A DNA stretch of 37,834 nt from Callorhinchus milii. Its lineage: Eukaryota. Position numbers and translations under genes: made by a program. The notes under the pieces are model-generated. The model made no database searches, was not told where the DNA came from, and was given only the letters and a program-made list of their open reading frames with translations. Location: contig NW_024705516.1 in NCBI RefSeq assembly GCF_018977255.1, forward strand, positions 1-37,834, given 5' to 3'. Positions 1 to 9,634 of this stretch are shown here, in pieces (the first letter of the stretch is position 1; the number at the start of each line of letters is the position of its first letter).

Positions 1-510
1 CAAAAACGTCGTATGCTAGTATTTAATTAAATTTAATATTTTATCTTTATACGTGACTTTACCGAAAGAACCAAAGAATTATACCTTACACGTTACACAC
101 AACATGAAATCGACTGCAGGTATACGTTACACGTTACAACATGCACACACGCACTACAGAGACATCCCCCGTGTGCAGGGAGCCCCCCCCCTGCATCCCT
201 CCTCCTGGCTCCTCCCCTTCTCACCCTACTATATAAGAGCGTGTCACTAAGAGCCCTCTGCTCACGGCAGTGATTGTGCTCTGGTTGTCCCACCTGATGA
301 CGGAAGCTTGTGTTGCCTCCGAAACGTCGTAACTTAATTATTTTCATATTCTTGGTTCTTTCGGAAAAGTCACGAAGGGAAATAATAAAATAAAACTATA
401 AATATATGATTGCTTGTGTTGCAGTCGAAACGTCATGAGAATTTTAATTGTTTTATATTATTTTATTATTTCCCTTCTATGTGACTTTACCTAAAGAACC
501 AAAGAGTATA
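1..510. mobile_element. Cluster of Penelope-like pLTR fragments in both orientations
   Basis: Family motif acgtgactttaccgaaagaaccaa at 51-75 (+), ~350-375 (-) and ~478-505 (+). A C-rich tract and TATATAA (~230) precede the hammerhead at 291-331. Confidence 0.65.
291..331 (+). ncRNA. Hammerhead ribozyme motif, core intact, weak stems
   Basis: CAC CTGATGA c GGAAGC ttgtgtt GCCTCC GAAAC GTC GTA. One mismatch in stem II and a short stem I. Confidence 0.6.
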
Positions 511-1022
511 CACCTTCAGAATTAAGAGAAAAGTAATTTCATTCGTGAATGATGAATATTATTTATTGTTAGCCTTGTAAAAAATACATTTTACTATATT
601 GTTTTCATCTACGTGACTTTACCTAAAGAACCAAAGAGTATAAACCTCCAGATATTAAGAGAAAAGTTATTTCATTCGTGAATGATGAATATTATTTCTT
701 GTTAGCCTTCTAAAAAATACATTTTACTATATTGTTTTCATCTACGTGACTTTACCTAAAGAACCAAAGAGTATAAACCTCCAGATATTAAGAGAAAAGT
801 TATTTCATTCGTGAATGATGAATATTATTTCTTGTTAGCCTTGTAAAAATACATTTTACTATATTTTTTTCATCTACGTGACTTTACCTAAAGAACCAAA
901 GAGTATAAACCTCCAGATATTAAGAGAAAAGTTATTTCATTCGTGAATGATGAATTGTATTTCTTGTTAGCCTTGTAAAAAAAACATGTTTTCATCTACG
1001 TGACTTTACCTAAAGAACCAAT
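478..1022 (+). repeat. Tandem array of ~132-bp units (about 4 copies) containing the PLE terminal motif
   Basis: ctacgtgactttacctaaagaaccaaagagtataaacctccagatattaagagaaaag... recurs at about 478, 609, 741, 874 and 996. Confidence 0.9.
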
Positions 1023-1254
1023 AAAAAAGGTGTTATTATAATTTGTAATAATTAAATAATAAAATGCCATAACTTTTACTAATTAAAGAATTATAAAGAT
1101 ATTAAGAGAAAAGTAAAAAATAAAAACATTTTATTATTTTTCTTTAACTTTGTTTTCCTTTTGTAAATATTACTGGGGGAGGGCACAGCATCTTGTAGTC
1201 CAGGGGACTACACAATCTTAATCCGGCCCTGCCCATGTGCAGCTTCATTGTGTT

Positions 1255-2280
1255 GGGTCAGTGTGTGTGTGTGAGATTGTCAGTGTGTGTGTGTGAGATT
1301 GTCAGTGTGTGTGAGATTGTCAGTGTGTGAGTGTGAGTTTGTCAGTGTGTGAGATTGTCAGTGTGTGTGTCAGTGTGTGAGAGTGTGACAGTGTGAGAGT
1401 GTGACAGTGTGAGAGTGACAGTGTGTGACAGTGTGAGAGTGATTGTGAGATTGTGAGTGAGAGTGTGTCAGTGTGAGTGTGTCAGAGTGAGAGAGATTGT
1501 GAGTGAGAGTGAGACTGTGAGTGAGAGTGTGTGTGAGATTGTGAGAGATTGTGAGAGTGTGTGTGAGTGAGAGATTGTCAGAGTGAGTGTGAGTGAGATT
1601 GTGAGTGTGAGTGAGATAGTGAGTGTGTCAGTGTGTGAGTGATTGTGAAATAGTGAGTGAGTGTGAGATTGTGAGTGTGTGAGATTGTGAGAGTGTAAGT
1701 GTAAGAGATAGTGAGAGTGAGTGAGCTTGTGAGTGTGTGATAGTGAGTGTCTGTGTGTGTCAGTGTGAGCTAGTAAGTGAGAGTGTAAGTGTGTAAGAGT
1801 GTGAGATTGAGAGCTTGTGAGTGTGTAAGAGAGATAGTGAGCTAGTGAGTGAGAGTGTGAGCTAGTGAGTGAGAGTGTGTGATTGTGAGCTAGTGAGTGA
1901 GATTGTGAGTGTGTGTGAGAGTGTGTAAGAGAGTGTGTCAGTGTGAGTGTGAGCTAGTGAGTGAGTGTGTGAGTGATAGTGAGCTTGTGAGTGTAAGAGT
2001 GAGTGTGAGTTTGTGAGTGGGAGTGTAAGTGTGTAAGTGTGGTGAGTGAGTGAGATAGTGAGTGATTATGAGCTAGTGTGTGTAAGTGTGTAAGATTGTG
2101 AGTAAGAGTGAGTGAGAGTGAGTGTGTAAGAGTTTGTGAGTGAGAGTGTAGGAGATAGTGAGTGATAGTGTGTAAGAGTGAGTGAGAGTGAGTGAGAGTG
2201 GAGTGAGTGGCTAGTGAGTGTGAGTGTGTAAGAGTGTGTAAGAGTGTAAGATTGTAAGAGTGAGCTAGTGATAGTGATGA
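1255..2280. repeat. Degenerate (GT/GAGT)n microsatellite
   Basis: Continuous gtgt/gaga/gagt low-complexity sequence. Confidence 0.95.
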
Positions 2281-2289
2281 GTGGTGACC

Positions 2290-2460
2290 ACTGCACCGCT
2301 GGCGAATCGCCGTCATGGTCGAGGCCGCCATCTTGTCCCCCTCACGACTCTAAAATGGCCGCCAGCGAGGAGGGGGAGGAGCCAGAAAATTTGGCGGGAA
2401 AACAAACCGCCGCGTCACGTGACAGGCGAGACGCTCAACTGTGATTGGCTCCAAGGCGGA
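2290..2460. promoter_or_regulatory. Candidate CpG-rich promoter with clustered YY1, E2F, E-box and CCAAT motifs
   Basis: GCCGCCATCTTG 2324-2335, AAAATGGCCGCC 2352-2363, TTTGGCGGGAAA 2390-2401, GTCACGTGAC 2414-2423, ATTGG 2444-2448. Confidence 0.5.
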
Positions 2461-2640
2461 GAGAGATTTTATTTTTTAGAGGAAAACTTTTTTTGTACCG
2501 TACGTACGACTAATTACTAAACTCGCCATCAACAATAAACACTCGCGTTGGCATTCGTGAGATATACATAAATAAAGTAAAAAATGTATTGGTTATGTAA
2601 ATTATCAGAAATCTCATACAGTATAAGGTACATAAAAATT

Positions 2641-2975
2641 AACCCGTAAAAACAAAGTTTTTCACTCTAAATCCTTTATATGCGTGGCATCGGGGCGGCT
2701 AGAGTCCTCTCGTCCTCTGGCTTGAGATGGCTGCCACCTATGGGTCAGATGATTGTCTGCCACCATTAAGCAATTGGTAATTAAATATTTAAAATATTTT
2801 CCCTAAACAGTGTAAAATTTGGGAATTTTTTTTCACAAAAAATAATTGTCACGCACCGAGTCTGTGTGGAAAATGTCAGCTCGATTGGATCACGGGAAGT
2901 GGGTTAAAAAACGAGCGAAAGGTTTGCACGGTCGTAAACAAGCAAGCAAGTGAACTTAATATAAAGGATTTAAAA
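2641..2975 (-). mobile_element. ~330-bp non-autonomous element with Helentron/DINE-1(HINE)-like architecture
   Basis: Reverse complement of the copies at 4639-5301. Sub-terminal inverted repeats AAATCCTTTATAT/ATATAAAGGATTT, a (CTTG)n microsatellite, and a terminal hairpin GTGAAAAAC-ttt-GTTTTTAC. Confidence 0.55.
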
Positions 2976-3009
2976 ATGACCCAAATGAGATGTTGACTGG
3001 TAATTACAT

Positions 3010-3210
3010 CTCAAACACAGCTGTCAACAGTGACAGAGCATGCTTGCCAACAAGGCATTCAACTAATTTTGATAACGTGGAAGTGTTATGCAGAAGCGAA
3101 TTATTACTGGCCAAGACTAATTAGAGAATCAATCGAAATTGAGAAAAATACAATTAATTTCAACCGCTGTGATAGCTACAGAGTCAGCACAGCCTGGAAG
3201 CGCTTGCAGG
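3010..3210 (+). pseudogene. Decayed C-terminal part of a Penelope-type GIY-YIG endonuclease
   Basis: Allowing frameshifts it reads LSTVTEHAC..HSTNFDNVEVLCR..YYWPRLIRESIEIEKNTINFNRCDSYRVSTAWKRL. This resembles the SA.AEH..H...F....L.....R...E.IEI....FNRD.G..LS..W pattern of Penelope/Poseidon ORF ends (recalled). Confidence 0.7.
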
Positions 3211-3260
3211 GATTACACTTTATATATTGGTGCTTATCCTCAGAGCCACGAGTGGAAATT

Positions 3261-4562
3261 TCGCATTCCTACGGTGGATCAAATGATGTTTAGTCTGATC
3301 AATAATTCCCAATGGGTAGTTCATCAACTGTTGCACTGTTGCATAGTGCAGCAGTGGCCAATCGCATTCCTACGGTGGATCAAATGATGTTTAGTCCGAT
3401 CAATAATTTCCAATGGGTAGTTCATCAACTGTTGCACTGTTGCATAGTGCAGCAGTGGCCAATCGCATTCCTACGGTGGATCAAATGATGTTTAGTCCGA
3501 TCAATAATTCCCAATGGGTAGTTCATCAACTGTTGCATTGTTGCATAGTGCAGCAGTGGCCAATTGCATTCCTACGGTGGATCAAATGATGTTTAGTCCG
3601 ATCAATAATTTCCAATGGGTAGTTCATCAACTGTTGCATAGTGCAGCAGTGGCCAATCGCATTCCTACGGTGGATCAAATGATGTTTAGTCCGATCAATA
3701 ATTCCCAATGGGTAGTTCATCAACTGTTGCACTGTTGCATAGTGCAGCAGTGGCCAATTGCATTCCTACGGTGGATCAAATGATGTTTAGTCCGATCAAT
3801 AATTCCCAATGGGTAGTTCATCAACTGTTGCATAGTGCAGCAGTGGCCAATCACATTCCTACGGTGGATCAAATGATGTTTAGTCCGATCAATAATTCCC
3901 AATGGGTAGTTCATCAACTGTTGCACTGTTGCATAGTGCAGCAGTGGCCAATCGCATTCCTACGGTGGATCAAATGATGTTTAGTCCGATCAATAATTCC
4001 CAATGGGTAGTTCATCAACTGTTGCACTGTTGCATAGTGCAGCAGTGGCCAATCGCATTCCTACGGTGGATCAAATGATGTTTAGTCCGATCAATAATTC
4101 CCAATGGGTAGTTCATCAACTGTTGCACTGTTGCATAGTGCAGCAGTGGCCAATCGCATTCCTACGGTGGATCAAATGATGTTTAGTCCGATCAATAATT
4201 CCCAATGAGTAGTTCATCAACTGTTGCACTGTTGCATAGTGCAGCAGTGGCCAATCGCATTCCTACGGTGGATCAAATTATGTTTAGTCCGATCAATAAT
4301 TCCCAATGGGTAGTTCATCAACTGTTGCACTGTTGCATAGTGCAGCAGTGGCCAATCGCATTCCTACGGTGGATCAAATGATGTTTAGTCCGATCAATAA
4401 TTCCCAATGGGTAGTTCATCAACTGTTGCACTGTTGCATAGTGCAGCAGTGGCCAATCGCATTCCTACGGTGGATCAAATGATGTTTAGTCCGATCAATA
4501 ATTTCCAATAGGTAGTTCATCAACTGTTGCACTTTGGCAAGAGTGCAGAAGCTGGGCAATCG
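3261..4562 (+). repeat. Tandem array of 13 units of 101 bp (two units are 93 bp)
   Basis: Unit starts at 3261, 3362, 3463, 3564, 3657, 3758, 3851, 3952, 4053, 4154, 4255, 4356, 4457. The short units lack one CTGTTGCA. Confidence 0.97.
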
Positions 4563-4638
4563 CGAGGCTGCGAATCCAGATCTTGGTCACGGAATGACTC
4601 GACTTTTACAGGGTCAATACATCGGGAAGCATCTTTTT

Positions 4639-5301
4639 AAAATCCTTTATATTAAGTTCACTTGCTTGCTTGCTTAGGACCGTGCAAATCTTTCGGTCGT
4701 GTTTTAACCCACTCCCCGTGATCCAATCGAGCTGACATTTTGCACACAGACTCGTTGTGCGTGACAATTAATGTTCGTGAAATTTTTTTCCAAAATTTTC
4801 CACTTTTTAGGGAATTTTTTTTAAAAATATTTCATTACCAATTGCTTAATGCTGCCATGCAATCATCTGACCCATAGGTGGCAGCCATCTCAAGCCAGAG
4901 GACGAGAGGACTCTAGTAGTCGCCACACATATAAAGGATTTATAGTGAAAAACTTTGTTTTTACGGGTTTACTTGTTTAAATCCTTTATATTAAGTTCGC
5001 TTGCTTGCTTAGGACCGTGCAAATCTTTCGGTCGTTTTTTAACCCACTTCCCGTGATCCAATCGAGCTGACATTTTCCACACAGACTCGTTGTGCGTGAC
5101 AATTAATGTTCGTGAAATTTTTTTCCCAAAATTTTACACTTTTTAGGACAAAAATATTATATTTAATTACCAATTGCTTAATGGTGCCATGCAATCATCT
5201 GACCCATAAGTGACAGCCATCTCAAGCCAGAGGACGAGAGGACTCTAGTAGCCGCCACACATATAAAGGATTTATCGTGAAAAACTTTGTTTTTACGGGT
5301 T
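4639..5301 (+). mobile_element. Two tandem copies (4639-4969, 4977-5301) of the same HINE-like element
   Basis: Head-to-tail near-identical copies in T-rich sites, with the same subTIR/microsatellite/hairpin layout. Confidence 0.55.
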
Positions 5302-5889
5302 ATTTTTTTGGTGGTGAAGTCAGCAGCGGTTGTACTTGAGGAAGACTTAGCCCCTGTCGTGGGATGGCTGCGATGCCCACCGCTCGCTCAGTGCCGTCAA
5401 CACATCGGGGTGGGAAACCTTTTGTGACCGTTTGAAAGAAGTTTCAGGTCGTAGAATCGGACACAGCGCCCGGTGGCTGGGGCACAGATTGCCCATCAAA
5501 AAGTTGTAATTTTAAAAATCATCTCTCGGGGGGTCGATAAAGCGAGTACTACTTTGTGGAAAGCAAACAGAGGTTGTCCTGTACCGGTGTTTTTCACTCA
5601 TTCTCATAGGGGGGACCACTTTCGCCATGAAGGCATCATCAGTGTGGTGAGGGCCGCCACACGCTTGAAACCATTTGGGATTTCGACAGCAGCATGATTG
5701 GGGGGGGGGTGTGTTTTCACATTTGCGTCATGTCGCTGGTGGCCTTGCGATGAAGAAGTCTGCGGCCTATACAATACACCCACCCTGCTGCTGCTGTGGC
5801 AATGTGCACATGTCCCACCACCGACTCACAGCTCTGCAGGCACATGATGTATCTATTGTTTTGAATTATTATTAGATGGGACACTGCCC

Positions 5890-6028
5890 CAGAGGTCGCA
5901 AACGGGTTTTGTTTCCTTACCCGTACCTGGCCGCACCAGGGTCGCGAACGGCTACCCGTACCCGGTCGGGTACGGGTAGCCGGGTATCGGGTAGGGTACG
6001 GGTATCGGGTACCCGGTTGCGACCTCTG
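5890..6028. mobile_element. 139-bp hAT-type MITE
   Basis: TIR CAGAGGTCGCAA(A/C)CGGGT matches 17/18. Perfect 8-bp TSD CACTGCCC at 5882-5889 and 6029-6036. Internal GGGTA(C/T) sub-terminal repeats. Confidence 0.9.
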
Positions 6029-6253
6029 CACTGCCCCAACGCTCATTCGAGTGCAACAATCACACTAGCCTTGAACGTGGGCTGACTCACAGAGCCGCGC
6101 TGTGAGCACCCCACGGCCCCCAGTCAAAGTCGCTCTAACCACGACGCTTCGAGCCGGTGAGCACCCGGGTGAGGGTTGACAATCAAGACCTGGGGGTGGT
6201 GTGAAGAGAACGAGGTGGGTCCGTGCAGTGGCTCGTTCGTCGAGGGCGAGACT

Positions 6254-6740
6254 AAGCTGTCTCGGGTGTGGACCAATCAACTTCAAGGACAGTGGATACA
6301 CTATCAGAGGTTTGTGTTTTGTTTGCATTCTGACTGCAGGTATTGTGGTCTATGCAAACATGGCAACATGTAAAAAAGGTGTCAGTTTTGTTGCCAGATA
6401 GAAGGGTACAAAAAACAATTCTATTTTTTACTGGCAAATGAGGTTCCAATGATGTAAATGCTTACCCCGAGCTCTCATACTCTGATGGTGCATTGTCTTT
6501 GAGTTGTACGCCTTTTGGCATCATCTGGTCCAACCCATGTGAGACTAGGCTCTAAGGAAAGCTGTCTCGGGTGTGGACCAATCAACTTCAAGGACAGTGC
6601 ATACATTATCAGAGTTGTGTTTTGTTTGCATTACGACTGCAGGTATTGTGGTCTATGCAAACATGACTCCTTGTAAAAAAGGTCACAGTTTTGTTGCCAG
6701 ATAGAAGGGTAAAAAACCAATTATCATGCTTCTGTTTACT
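6254..6740 (+). repeat. ~305-bp dispersed/tandem repeat, 1.6 copies
   Basis: aagctgtctcgggtgtggaccaatcaacttcaaggacagt at 6254 and 6559. The same family occurs inverted at the end of the window. Confidence 0.9.
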
Positions 6741-7210
6741 TAATGGGAGAACGTTAACTTCGAACTCTGGATAAGCGCAAGAAATGGAAGTGTGCGTCTC
6801 TTGTCCTAAGAGAGGATCGCGCATACGGGAGTTGCACACCGACACCCCCTCGCCAGCATTGCAGAGCAATGCGATCATTACGATAAAGACGGTGAGATTT
6901 ATTTCTGAGTTTTAATGTAGAAATTCAAGTCTTGGCAGCCTTGGCTGCGTCGGTAAACAAAATGTATTCAAATGGAAGCTCGTTAAAAACGGGGTTGTAC
7001 ATCCAGGAGAAATACACTGACGTTTGTCAAACAGCAACTTGCAAAGAGAACGCTAAAATACATCGCTAAAATACACCGCTAAAATAGTACGCGCAGTACA
7101 ACGCAGGCCAGTGAGTGGTCTGGACGATTTGTTAAAACGTTACAAATATCTTGCTCAAACAGTATTAATACTGACTCATGTTCTGGCTGGCAATTGTAAA
7201 CAACAACAAC

Positions 7211-7534
7211 TTTAAATTTCGATTTAAAGCTTTCGTGACTGCAGGGATTCATCTTCTTGGTTCTTTCGGTAAAGTCACGTAGAAGGGAAATAATAAAATA
7301 ATAAAAATAAAACTATAAAATAATTTTCACGACGTTTCGGCCACAGCGCAAGCAGCCGTCCTCAGGTGAAGAACAGGTCTGTCGGAAAGACAGCGTCTGA
7401 ATGACAGGTCTGTCGGAAAGACAGTCGGAAAGCTTGCGGTGTGGCCGAAACGTCGTGAGAATTATTTTATTATGTTTTATTTTTATTATTTTATTATTTC
7501 CCTTCTACGTGACTTTACCGAAAGAACCAAGAAG
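7211..7534 (-). mobile_element. Penelope-like insertion: pLTR with tail plus an inverted truncated pLTR
   Basis: Inverted arms around a short spacer, with the tail (gatttaaagctttcgtgactgcagggattca) on the left arm only. Flanking duplication AACAACAACAAC at 7199-7210 and 7535-7546. Contains a hammerhead. Confidence 0.75.
7326..7370 (-). ncRNA. Minimal type I hammerhead ribozyme motif (PLE-associated), intact core
   Basis: Minus strand TTCAC CTGAGGA c GGCTGC ttgcgct GTGGCC GAAAC GTC GTGAA: 5-bp stem I, 6-bp stem II with two GU pairs, palindromic ACGU in place of stem III. Confidence 0.75.
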
Positions 7535-8245
7535 AACAACAACAACGTCATTCTACTTGCATGTAAAACGGAATGAATAAACTACAGAGATGACAACGTG
7601 TAAACAAACAAACAAACACCGCAGCTTCAGAGAGACGACAACAACCGAGGAGGAATTGCACAAACAGTGTAAACTACACAAGCTGCATGCTATGTCAAAT
7701 AACACTGCGTGAAAGTTTAGCAGAATACTTTTATCTTTTCAAGACTAGCGAAAGCAAACCTTTAACATTGTAAACATTGAGTAACGCTGCTTTTGTAAAA
7801 GACGGCACTGGTAGAAAACTTATTCTTTTTTAAAATGTGCACATAAAAGGCTTTTTCCAGATCGTTCTTGTATCTTCCATCTACAGATGTTCCTAATCAT
7901 AGCATTATCTATCCACATTTAACATGCCCATTCCTAACTCCGTTTTCCACCTCTTTGCAATCATTTTAATACGAAAAAACACCTCGCCCCTAGTACCCAC
8001 TCATTCCAACAGCATTTCAGTTAGTCCAGAAACACCTTTGCTCAAAAAACATCCTGCATCCACAAAACACATTTCAGGCACGGCAGTGGTCTGCTTGCGA
8101 CGCATTTGTTCTCAGAGCGACCGGCGAGTTATCACGAGTCAAAGCATCGTTAATTTTGGAGCTTTCGTGACTGCAGGAATTATTCTTTGGTTCTTTCGGT
8201 AATGTCACGTCTGAAGATAAAATAATAAATTAATTAATAGCATAC

Positions 8246-8286
8246 TACGACGTTTCGATTGCAACACAAGCAATCATCATCAGGTA
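8246..8286 (-). ncRNA. Minimal type I hammerhead ribozyme motif, intact core
   Basis: Minus strand TAC CTGATGA t GATTGC ttgtgtt GCAATC GAAAC GTC GTA, with a perfect 6-bp stem II. Confidence 0.72.
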
Positions 8287-8610
8287 TAAATGAAATAGCA
8301 ACAAAAAATCTAACCAGAAAACTATAGACAGACAGATAAATTAATTTAGTGTGTTCTTTCTCCCTCTCTCCTAATGTTCAAGCTTGCGTACTTTACTACG
8401 CGTTCTTCGTACTCATTGACATGTAATTTTTTTCTCTAACCCCTCCCTCTCTCTGCCTCCGCCCCCCTCTGTCTATTTAAGGCCTCGCCACAGAGACGAT
8501 CACCCCTCTCTGTGCCTGTGTTACTCTCTCTCTATGTATCTTGGTGATGTCTGTCTGCTTATATGTCTGTCTATAGTTTTCTGGTTAGATTTTTTGTTGC
8601 TATTTCATTT

Positions 8611-8653
8611 ATACCTGATGACGATTGCTTGTGTTGCGATCGAAACGTCGTAT
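8611..8653 (+). ncRNA. Minimal type I hammerhead ribozyme motif, intact core
   Basis: ATAC CTGATGA c GATTGC ttgtgtt GCGATC GAAAC GTC GTAT: 4-bp stem I, 6-bp stem II. Confidence 0.72.
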
Positions 8654-8929
8654 TATGCTATTATTTAATTTATTATTTTATCTTTAGACGCGACTTTACC
8701 GAAAGAACCAAAGAACAACGCATCGTCGTCACTCGACCCTTCAGTGCCGCCATTTTGTTTCTTGGCCTTCACCCATCGCAGGATCATCTCCGTCGGCACG
8801 GTTCAACTCAACGGCGGGAACTCTCTCTTTGTTTCCCACGCCCCCCCCCCCCCCGCGCATCCTCCCACTCTGCCTCGTCGTTCCGGCCCTCCGCCCCGCA
8901 TCCGTCATCCCCCTCGTTGAGCTCTTCCA

Positions 8930-9305
8930 ATCACTCACCCACCCACTCATTCACTCACTCACCAACCCTCTCACTCACCCACCCACTCACCCACCCACTC
9001 ATCCACCCACTCACCACTCATCCACCCACTCACCAACCTCACCACTCATCCACCCACTCACCAACCTCACCCAATCACCCACCCACTCACTCACCCACCC
9101 ACTCATTCACTCACTCACCAACCCTCTCACTCACCCACCCACCCACTCACCCACTCACCCACCCACTCATCCACCCACTCACCAACCTCACCACTCATCC
9201 ACCCACTCACCAACCTCACCCAATCACCCACCCACTCACTCACCCACCCACTCATTCACTCACTCACCAACCCTCTCACTCACCCACCCACCCACTCACC
9301 CACCT
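8930..9305. repeat. (CACT/CACC)n microsatellite
   Basis: Low-complexity cacccactca repeats. Confidence 0.95.
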
Positions 9306-9597
9306 ACCCCCCGCGCATCCTCCCACTCCGCCCCGCATCTGTCATCCCCCTCGTCGAGCTCTTCCGTCGCTCCCGGCGCCCCCAAATCCGCTCCCGGCGC
9401 GCCCGGCTGCCCGGGGTCGCCGCAGCACGAGTAGCGGCGGTGCACGTGCTGCGAGTAGCCGCCCGAGTGCGAGAAGCGCCGGCCGCAGCGCCCGCAGCGG
9501 TACGGCTTCTCGCCCGAGTGCAGCCGCGAGTGCTCGATCAGGTGCTGCTTGTGCTTGAACGCCTTGCTGCACACCTCGCAGCGGTGGGGACGCCTGC
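9296..9597 (-). CDS. ZEB: ZEB-family (ZEB1/ZEB2, zfh1-type) transcription factor, last coding exon: C-terminal C2H2 fingers 2-3 plus a short acidic tail
   Basis: Translates (G)[58 protein letters not shown], close to ZEB2 [59 protein letters not shown] (recalled). Acceptor ccctgtccgtcgcag ends at 9598, phase 1. Stop TGA at 9298-9296. ZEB1 vs ZEB2 orthology cannot be resolved from this. Confidence 0.93.
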
Positions 9598-9634
9598 CTG
9601 CGACGGACAGGGAACGGCGGGGCGGGGTTATCGC

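Larger units (their letters stand above)
8151..8715 (-). mobile_element. Penelope-like insertion with ~155-bp inverted arms
   Basis: Arms ~8180-8339 and ~8559-8715 are reverse complements, each with a hammerhead. Flanking duplication CAAAGCATCGT (8140-8150) / CAACGCATCGT (8716-8726). Confidence 0.75.
6880..9295 (-). other. Probable ZEB 3'UTR
   Basis: Lies downstream of the ZEB stop. Minus-strand 8-mers CAGTATTA (7173-7166, miR-200b/c/429 seed match) and CAGTGTTA (7707-7700, miR-141/200a). TGTTTACA x3 (miR-30; 7195-7202, 7599-7606, 7769-7776) and GTGCAAT (7655-7661). AATAAA at 6903-6898 and ATTAAA at 6916-6911. Confidence 0.6.

Noticed and set aside
1170..1230. hAT-like end (taatccggccctg); similar fragment ggggtgggaaacctttt at ~5407
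   Set aside because: Only single ends are visible, with no partner TIR or TSD.
3261..4562. CRISPR array or tandem snoRNA cluster
   Set aside because: Units are identical end to end with no unique spacers, the context is eukaryotic, and there is no proper RTGATGA/CTGA box pair.
7860..8070. Minus-strand RT-like remnant (CFVD...WKTEL)
   Set aside because: Too degraded to call without a profile search.
8563..9558. 331-aa plus-strand ORF
   Set aside because: It is a composite of PLE sequence, microsatellite and the antisense of the ZEB exon.
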